DNA from: Aestuariivirga sp.
GTDB taxonomy: Bacteria > Pseudomonadota > Alphaproteobacteria > Rhizobiales > Aestuariivirgaceae
NCBI GenBank assembly: GCA_043778995.1
Contig: JAYWFC010000052.1
Location: 6,914-70,913, forward strand
Reading direction: 5' to 3'
Length of the DNA stretch: 64,000 nt
Every line of letters begins with the position of its first letter. Within the stretch, counting starts at the first letter, position 1. This document shows, piece after piece, positions 58,402-64,000 of this stretch. The notes under the pieces are model-generated. The model saw only the letters and a list, made by a program, of their open reading frames with translations, ran no database searches and was not told the origin of the DNA. The translations under genes were made by a program, and so were the position numbers.

Positions 58402-59634
58402 GTGACCATTGAAAGCAACACACCAGAAAAAAACTTGGCGCGTGCCTCTCCAGCTTTTGCGCGGGGCACAACACAAAATGGCGTGCGCCTATACAATGAA
58501 CGTTTGGTGCTGTCGCTTATCAGGCAATATGGCCAATTGCCAAAAGCTGAATTGGCAAGGCTTACAGGCCTATCGGCGCAAACCGTATCCGTGATTGTGC
58601 GCCTGCTTGAAAAAGACAAGCTTGTGATCAAAGGCAAACCCCAACGCGGCAAAGTGGGCCAGCCTTTAACGCCTTTCATGCTCAATCCAGATGGGGCGTT
58701 TTCGATCGGTTTAAAAGTGGGTAGGCGATCTGGCGATTTGTTGTTGCTTGATCTGACAGGCAAAGTGCGCGGCAAAGTCTATAAGCCATATCAATTTCCG
58801 GCACCGCAAGAACTTTTGAGTTTTGTGGCCAGCAGTCTGGAAGAGTTGTTGTCCGGTCTCACCCGTGCCCAGCGCAAAAATATTTCAGGCTTAGGTATTG
58901 CTGCTCCTTTTGAACTTTGGAATTGGGAAGAGGCAACTGGTGCGCCGAAAGCTGTCACGCAAGCTTGGCGAAATTTTGATCTTGCAACAGAAATAGCAAA
59001 ACTTGTGGAGTGGCCCGTTCATTATTGTAACGATGCTACAGCCGCTTGTGCTGCCGAATTGCTATTTGGTGTGGGTGCCAAGCACCGCAATTACGCTTAT
59101 TTTTATGTGGGATATTTTGTCGGCGGTGGCGTGGTCATCAACGGCCATATTTTCCAAGGCCATAGTGGTTATGCCGGTGCAATGGGCCCTCTTCCTGTTC
59201 ATGTTCAAGGTCAAAAGCCCCAACAATTGTTGCACCATGCAAGCCTTTATGTGCTTGAAAATCAACTGCAAGCCGCAGGCATAGACCACATGCTGCTGGC
59301 AAACTCTCCAGATGATTGGACAGGCATTGAAAAATATCTTGATTCCTGGCTCGATCAAACCGCCAAAAATTTAGCTTTTGCAGCTGTGGCCAGCATGTCG
59401 GTGATCGATTTTGAGGCGATCATCATTGATGGCGCCATGCCCAACTATGTGAGAGCCGATTTAGTAAAGCGCACGCGCATTGCGTTGCAGGCTTTAGATA
59501 CACGCGGTCTTCCCGCGTTTTCGATTGAAGAGGGCAGCATCGGCATTGATGCCCGCGCATTAGGAGCAGCAAGCTTGCCATTGTTTGCCAATTTCATTAT
59601 CGATCGTGACGTATTATTCAAAGAGGCTGTTTGA
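58402..59634 (+). CDS. ROK-family transcriptional regulator
   Basis: N-terminal wHTH NERLVLSLIRQYGQLPKAELARLTGLSAQTVSVIVRLL and a C-terminal ROK sugar-kinase-like fold. GTG start. Confidence 0.85.
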   Translation: MTIESNTPEKNLARASPAFARGTTQNGVRLYNERLVLSLIRQYGQLPKAELARLTGLSAQTVSVIVRLLEKDKLVIKGKPQRGKVGQPLTPFMLNPDGAFSIGLKVGRRSGDLLLLDLTGKVRGKVYKPYQFPAPQELLSFVASSLEELLSGLTRAQRKNISGLGIAAPFELWNWEEATGAPKAVTQAWRNFDLATEIAKLVEWPVHYCNDATAACAAELLFGVGAKHRNYAYFYVGYFVGGGVVINGHIFQGHSGYAGAMGPLPVHVQGQKPQQLLHHASLYVLENQLQAAGIDHMLLANSPDDWTGIEKYLDSWLDQTAKNLAFAAVASMSVIDFEAIIIDGAMPNYVRADLVKRTRIALQALDTRGLPAFSIEEGSIGIDARALGAASLPLFANFIIDRDVLFKEAV

Positions 59635-60062
59635 TGCTCAAAGGACTAAACCCGCTTTTGGGCCCAGATTTGCTGAAAGTTCTTCGCGCCATGGGCCATG
59701 GCGATGAAATTGCCATTGTTGATGGCAATTATCCAGCCGATACGGATGCGAAACGATTGGTGCGCATGGATGGGCACTCGGCTACAAGTTTGCTGGATGC
59801 GGTTTTGTCTGTCATGCCCTTGGATGATATGGTTCCAGATGCTGCTTTTAGACCAGCGGCATTGAATGACCCCAAGCGGATGCAGCCTGTGTTTGAGGAT
59901 TTTGCAACGATTGTCAAAAAATGGGAACCCAAACAACACATCGCAAGTTTGGTGGGCGCTGAATTCTATACCCGTGTGAAGGGGTGTTATGCCATTGTGG
60001 CAAGTTCAGAGCCACGCCTTTATGGCAACATCATTTTGCGCAAAGGCGTAATCCACCCTTAA
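59631..60062 (+). CDS. RbsD/FucU-family sugar mutarotase
   Basis: MGHGDEIAIVDGNYPA motif. 143 aa. ATGA-type overlap with the ROK gene. Confidence 0.8.
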   Translation: MMLKGLNPLLGPDLLKVLRAMGHGDEIAIVDGNYPADTDAKRLVRMDGHSATSLLDAVLSVMPLDDMVPDAAFRPAALNDPKRMQPVFEDFATIVKKWEPKQHIASLVGAEFYTRVKGCYAIVASSEPRLYGNIILRKGVIHP

Positions 60063-60100
60063 GCTTGCAAGCTTAAGGCCCACGCATTAACACCACCGCC

Positions 60101-61183
60101 ATGATCATATTGGCCATTGATACCTGCTTTTCACGCTGCGCGGCCTGTCTCTATGACAGCGCTAAAAATCAGGCTTTAGGCATTGAAGATGAAGCGATGG
60201 AACGGGGCCACGCCGAATTTTTGGCCCCCATGGTGCAACGTATTTTGGCCAAAGCCAGCATCACCGCAAACCAGATTGATCGGATCGCCGTCACCACAGG
60301 GCCTGGAACATTCACAGGCCTTCGCATCGGGTTGAGTTTTGCCAGGGCTTTTGGAAGGGCTTTGAATATTCCGGTGATTGGAATCGACACCTTAAAAGCC
60401 GTTCAGTTGGCAATTCCAGCTGAATGCCAACCACTGATTATCGCGCATAAAGCCGGTCAGAGTGGCTATTATTACATTCTGAAATCAAACTTTTCAGCAA
60501 ATATAGAATTGTTGAAACTTGAAGACTTAAGCGAATGTTTTGAATCAAAATCGCAATGGGTTTTCGGCACGGGTGCGCCCGATATTGAGTCTCATTACAA
60601 GCATTTAGAATTGCGGCGTCATCCTGAACATGATCTGCCGAATTTGGTTCAACTGGCTCAATTTGCATCTCAACAGAAGGCAGAAACAGTGCTGCCAGAC
60701 CCTGTTTACATCAGAGAGCCAGATGCAAAGCCGCAAGCAGCAGCAAAGCCTGTATTGAGGAAGGCTGAGTTCAAAGATTTTGAAAGCCTGTCAAAAATTC
60801 ACCACGTGAGTTTTGATCATGGCTGGTCCCCAAAAGATTTAAGCCAAATGCAATCTACGCCCGGCACCACAACCTTGCTTATGGAACATGCAGGGCAACC
60901 CGCAGCATTTATTATCTTGCGGCAAATGTTTGACGAGGCTGAAATTCTCACCATCGCAACGTTGCCATCCCATAGGCGTCACGGACACGCGTTGGCCTTG
61001 GTCAAAGCCGCACAAGCGCAAAATTTGGCCAAGCTTTATCTAGAAGTGGCGGCATCGAACCACACGGCACAAGCGCTATACCACAAGCTGGGGTTTGAAA
61101 AATCGGGCTTTCGCAAAGCCTATTATGCCAAAGCTTCTGGCACCGCCGAAGATGCTGTGCTGATGGTCTGGCAGAAAAAATAA
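60101..61183 (+). CDS. tsaB: Fusion protein: tRNA t6A37 biosynthesis protein TsaB (N-terminal) plus GNAT acetyltransferase RimI-like (C-terminal)
   Basis: ILAIDTCFSRCAACL and TGPGTFTGLRIGLSFARAF (TsaB) are followed in the same frame by a GNAT domain (ILTIATLPSHRRHGHALALV ... LYHKLGFE). 360 aa with no internal stop. Confidence 0.8.
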   Translation: MIILAIDTCFSRCAACLYDSAKNQALGIEDEAMERGHAEFLAPMVQRILAKASITANQIDRIAVTTGPGTFTGLRIGLSFARAFGRALNIPVIGIDTLKAVQLAIPAECQPLIIAHKAGQSGYYYILKSNFSANIELLKLEDLSECFESKSQWVFGTGAPDIESHYKHLELRRHPEHDLPNLVQLAQFASQQKAETVLPDPVYIREPDAKPQAAAKPVLRKAEFKDFESLSKIHHVSFDHGWSPKDLSQMQSTPGTTTLLMEHAGQPAAFIILRQMFDEAEILTIATLPSHRRHGHALALVKAAQAQNLAKLYLEVAASNHTAQALYHKLGFEKSGFRKAYYAKASGTAEDAVLMVWQKK

Positions 61184-61932
61184 TGCAAATATTGCGCGCA
61201 GTGGTGGTGGCATTTTTTTGTATCATGCTCACGCTGTGTCTTATCCCTGCGGAATGGCTTGTGCGAATTCTGGGCCTTCCTTTCTCTGTGGGAAGATTTT
61301 ATTTATGGTCGGCGTGTAAAATTCTCGGTGTTAAAGTTATCGTGGAGGGAGATATTCCTTCGACCCCCAGCTTGATTATTGCCAATCATGTGTCTTGGCT
61401 TGATATTCCGGTGATTGGTTCCATCTGGCCGGTTTATTTCGTGGCAAAAAAAGAAGTGAGCACCTGGCCGGGTTTCAGCACTTTGGCCAAGTTGCAAAAT
61501 ACCATTTTTGTAGACCGCAATAAGCGCCAATCTGTTTTGGTGTCGCGCAACGAAATCCGTGGACGTATTATAGCGGGCGATACGGTCGTGTTGTTTCCCG
61601 AAGGCACATCTAACAACGGCCGCGAAGTGTTTGACTTTAAATCCACCTTCTTCAGCGTGGTTGAAAATACCCCTTTGCAGGCAATCCCCATCACACTGGT
61701 TTATCAAACCCAGCAGGGCCTGCCGATGATGCGCAGGCAACGCCCGTCTGTGGCGTGGGTGGGCGATACTGACATGCTGCCGCATTTGTGGAATTTTATG
61801 AAATCGGGGCCGATAACTGTTCGTATTATTGTGCATCAAGCTTGCGTGCCAGATAACCGCAAGGCCATGTCCAAATCTGCCCAAGCGTTGATCACATCCA
61901 CCTTGGTTGAAGCCTTACGTGGAATGCGCTAG
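61183..61932 (+). CDS. plsC: 1-acyl-sn-glycerol-3-phosphate (lysophospholipid) acyltransferase
   Basis: NHVSWLDIPV (HxxxxD) and FPEGTSNNG motifs. Confidence 0.85.
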   Translation: MQILRAVVVAFFCIMLTLCLIPAEWLVRILGLPFSVGRFYLWSACKILGVKVIVEGDIPSTPSLIIANHVSWLDIPVIGSIWPVYFVAKKEVSTWPGFSTLAKLQNTIFVDRNKRQSVLVSRNEIRGRIIAGDTVVLFPEGTSNNGREVFDFKSTFFSVVENTPLQAIPITLVYQTQQGLPMMRRQRPSVAWVGDTDMLPHLWNFMKSGPITVRIIVHQACVPDNRKAMSKSAQALITSTLVEALRGMR

Positions 61933-61942
61933 CACCTAGCCC

Positions 61943-63295
61943 ATGTCAAAAACCAAGTCTAAAACCGTGCATATTAAAACCTATGGCTGCCAGATGAATG
62001 TCTATGATTCAACGCGCATGCGCGATGTGTTGGCGCCCCTGGGCTATAGCGAAACCGATGACGCCGAAACCGCAGATCTGGTTATTCTCAACACCTGTCA
62101 CATCCGTGAAAAGGCTGCAGAAAAAGTCTATTCTGAATTGGGCCGCTTGCGAGACGTTAAATCAGCGCGTGCATTGAATGGCAAAGATATGATGATTGCG
62201 GTGGCGGGCTGTGTTGGCCAAGCCGAAGGCACAGAAATTACCCGCCGTATGAAATCGGTGGATCTGGTCTTCGGGCCACAAACTTACCATCGCTTGCCTG
62301 AACTTTTAAAACTGCGCCAAGAAACCGGACAATCGGTTGTGGAAACTGAGTTCAGCGTTGAACGCAAATTTGATGATCTGCAATCAACGCCACAAGCCGC
62401 AACGTCTGTGGCGGCGTTCCTCACCATCCAGGAAGGCTGTGATAAGTTCTGTACGTTTTGCGTGGTGCCCTATACGCGCGGCGCTGAGTTCTCAAGGCCC
62501 GTTGCGCAGATTTTGGGCGAAGCTGAAAAACTGGCTTTGAAAGGCGTTCGCGAAATCACACTTCTGGGCCAAAATGTGAATGCCTATCGTGGTGCGGGTG
62601 ACGATGGCCAAAGCAACTTGGCTAAGCTTGTCAATCAACTGTCACACATCAAAGGCATTGAACGCGTCAGATACATGACAAGCCATCCGCGCGATATGTC
62701 TGATGATTTAATTGCAGCTCACGCCGCAAATGAAAAGTTGATGCCATTTTTGCATCTGCCCGTGCAGTCAGGTTCAGACCGTATTTTAAAAGCCATGAAC
62801 CGCGGCCACACAGCGACACATTATCTGAAAATCATTGAGCGTATGCGCAACGCCAGATCAGACATGGCCATTTCTGGTGATTTTATTGTGGGCTTTCCGG
62901 GTGAAACGGATGAAGATTTTGAAGCCACGTTAGATTTGGTGCGTGAGGTACAATATGCCTCGGCCTATAGTTTCAAATATTCAACCAGACCCGGAACGCC
63001 GGCTGCGGAACGTCAAGACCAAGTGGATGAAGCCGTCAAATCTGAACGTCTTGTCAGATTGCAAAAACTTATTGCGGAACAAATGGCCCGCTTCAACGTT
63101 TCCTGTGTGGGAAGAACCTTTGGTGTTTTGTTGGAAAAGCCCGGTCGTCAAACAGGCCAGTTGATAGGCCGTTCACCCTATCTTCAATCCATCCATATCG
63201 AGGGTGAAAACCTTAAAATTGGTCAACTCGTGAACATCACAATAAAATCAGTTGGCCCCAACAGTCTTTCGGGGCAATATACACCCAACCAATAG
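61943..63295 (+). CDS. miaB: tRNA (N6-isopentenyl adenosine(37)-C2)-methylthiotransferase MiaB
   Basis: UPF0004 domain [10 protein letters not shown], radical [20 protein letters not shown], and a TRAM C-terminus. Confidence 0.95.
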   Translation: MSKTKSKTVHIKTYGCQMNVYDSTRMRDVLAPLGYSETDDAETADLVILNTCHIREKAAEKVYSELGRLRDVKSARALNGKDMMIAVAGCVGQAEGTEITRRMKSVDLVFGPQTYHRLPELLKLRQETGQSVVETEFSVERKFDDLQSTPQAATSVAAFLTIQEGCDKFCTFCVVPYTRGAEFSRPVAQILGEAEKLALKGVREITLLGQNVNAYRGAGDDGQSNLAKLVNQLSHIKGIERVRYMTSHPRDMSDDLIAAHAANEKLMPFLHLPVQSGSDRILKAMNRGHTATHYLKIIERMRNARSDMAISGDFIVGFPGETDEDFEATLDLVREVQYASAYSFKYSTRPGTPAAERQDQVDEAVKSERLVRLQKLIAEQMARFNVSCVGRTFGVLLEKPGRQTGQLIGRSPYLQSIHIEGENLKIGQLVNITIKSVGPNSLSGQYTPNQ

Positions 63296-63310
63296 AGGAG
63301 ATTGATCCGC

Positions 63311-64000
63311 TTGAATCGAAATGCTGGTGCCCTGAAATCCTTAGATCCTGATGAAAGCGCCTTGTCGCTTGCCTTTGAAGATAACCGCATTATGGCCCTG
63401 TTATTGGGCGAGCATGATGCTCACCTGGCCCAAATTGAACATCGGTTGGGTGTGGCCATAACGCCGCGCGGCAACCGCATTTCCATTAAGGGTGACAGCA
63501 ATTCAAGCGAATTGGCCAGAGCTGTGTTGCTGCATCTTTATTCCAAGGCAGCCCGCGGCAATGAAATTAATCGCGGTGAAATTGATGGTGCAATCCGCAT
63601 GGTAAAATTGTCTGAAGGCAAAGACCAACAGGTTGATGGCGGCGTTAAAACGCGCCGCAAAACCGTGTCGGCAAGAACCCCAAACCAAGGCAATTATATT
63701 GAGGCCATTCGCAAGAATGAGCTGGTCTTTGGTGTAGGCCCCGCAGGTACAGGTAAAACCTATCTGGCCGTGGCTTGCGCTGCCGAAGCTTTGATGAACG
63801 GCGAAGTTGATCGTATAATTCTGTCACGCCCTGCTGTTGAAGCAGGCGAACGCTTGGGCTTTTTGCCTGGCGACATGAAAGAAAAAATCGATCCCTATTT
63901 GCGCCCGCTTTATGATGCGCTTTATGACATGATGCCGCAAAGTTTGGTGGCCAAAGGTTTGGCTGAAAACCAGATCGAAATTGCGCCCTTAGCCTTTATG
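63311..64000 (+). CDS. phoH: PhoH-family ATPase (YbeZ), 3' end cut by window edge
   Basis: Not in the ORF track because there is no stop in the window. In-frame GPAGTGKTYLAV Walker A and RPAVEAGERLGFLPGD. TTG 63311 lies 10 nt after AGGAG. Follows miaB, as in the conserved miaB-phoH-ybeY order. Confidence 0.88.
   Translation, partial: MNRNAGALKSLDPDESALSLAFEDNRIMALLLGEHDAHLAQIEHRLGVAITPRGNRISIKGDSNSSELARAVLLHLYSKAARGNEINRGEIDGAIRMVKLSEGKDQQVDGGVKTRRKTVSARTPNQGNYIEAIRKNELVFGVGPAGTGKTYLAVACAAEALMNGEVDRIILSRPAVEAGERLGFLPGDMKEKIDPYLRPLYDALYDMMPQSLVAKGLAENQIEIAPLAFM

Noticed and set aside
58293-58775. 160-aa minus-strand ORF spanning the ROK promoter and 5' coding region
   Set aside because: It overlaps the well-supported ROK regulator N-terminal wHTH on the opposite strand. 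It has no RBS and no motif.
61303-61884. 193-aa ORF on the minus strand
   Set aside because: It is antisense to plsC, which carries clear HxxxxD and FPEGT motifs. It has no motif of its own.
1-64000. Mobile elements, CRISPR arrays, tRNA/rRNA genes, prophage or defence islands
   Set aside because: No transposase, integrase or phage-like ORFs are present. I saw no regularly spaced direct repeats. No intergenic gap over 70 bp has tRNA-like GTTCGAATC/T-loop features. All sizeable gaps are accounted for by promoters, the origin or hairpins. This was scanned by eye only, so short or degenerate elements could have been missed.

Overview
This window looks like a core, origin-proximal chromosome segment of an alphaproteobacterium, judged by Hyphomicrobiales/Rhizobiales-like gene order; GC is about 48-50% by eye. 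It is densely packed with about 60 intact housekeeping genes. The left part is ftsK(partial)-lolA-xthA, leuS-lptE-holA and the classic origin cluster parB-parA-rsmG-mnmG-mnmE-rho-hemJ-hemE, all on the minus strand. A 292-bp AT-rich gap with DnaA boxes follows, which I call the likely oriC. To its right come maf-aroE-coaE-dnaQ on the plus strand, secB, a Tim44-like/mltA/smr/XRE block, ahcY, pckA and a class A PBP. Next are senC-phaZ-M48 divergent from regB-regA, then dapB-gpmA-GNAT, aroC, ispE, ETF-QO, moaB, dnaK-dnaJ and alkB. The window ends with an frcBCAK-like sugar ABC locus plus a ROK regulator and FucU, a fused tsaB-rimI, plsC, miaB and phoH(partial). I found no rRNA, tRNA, CRISPR, transposase, integrase, prophage or recognisable defence genes, and no pseudogenes. 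I do not see a convincing novel multi-gene system. The most unexplained element is a single orphan polytopic membrane protein with lower GC (48248-49348) wedged between an aldo/keto reductase and dnaJ. Other items worth a second look are the sparse oriC architecture, parS sites, the TsaB-RimI fusion, a tightly coupled Tim44-like/MltA/Smr/XRE module, a UDG-superfamily protein with a degenerate catalytic motif, and several intergenic palindromes or operator candidates. Many ORF-track starts are over-extended; I give the start I consider most likely. Stop coordinates are firm, while starts are less certain.
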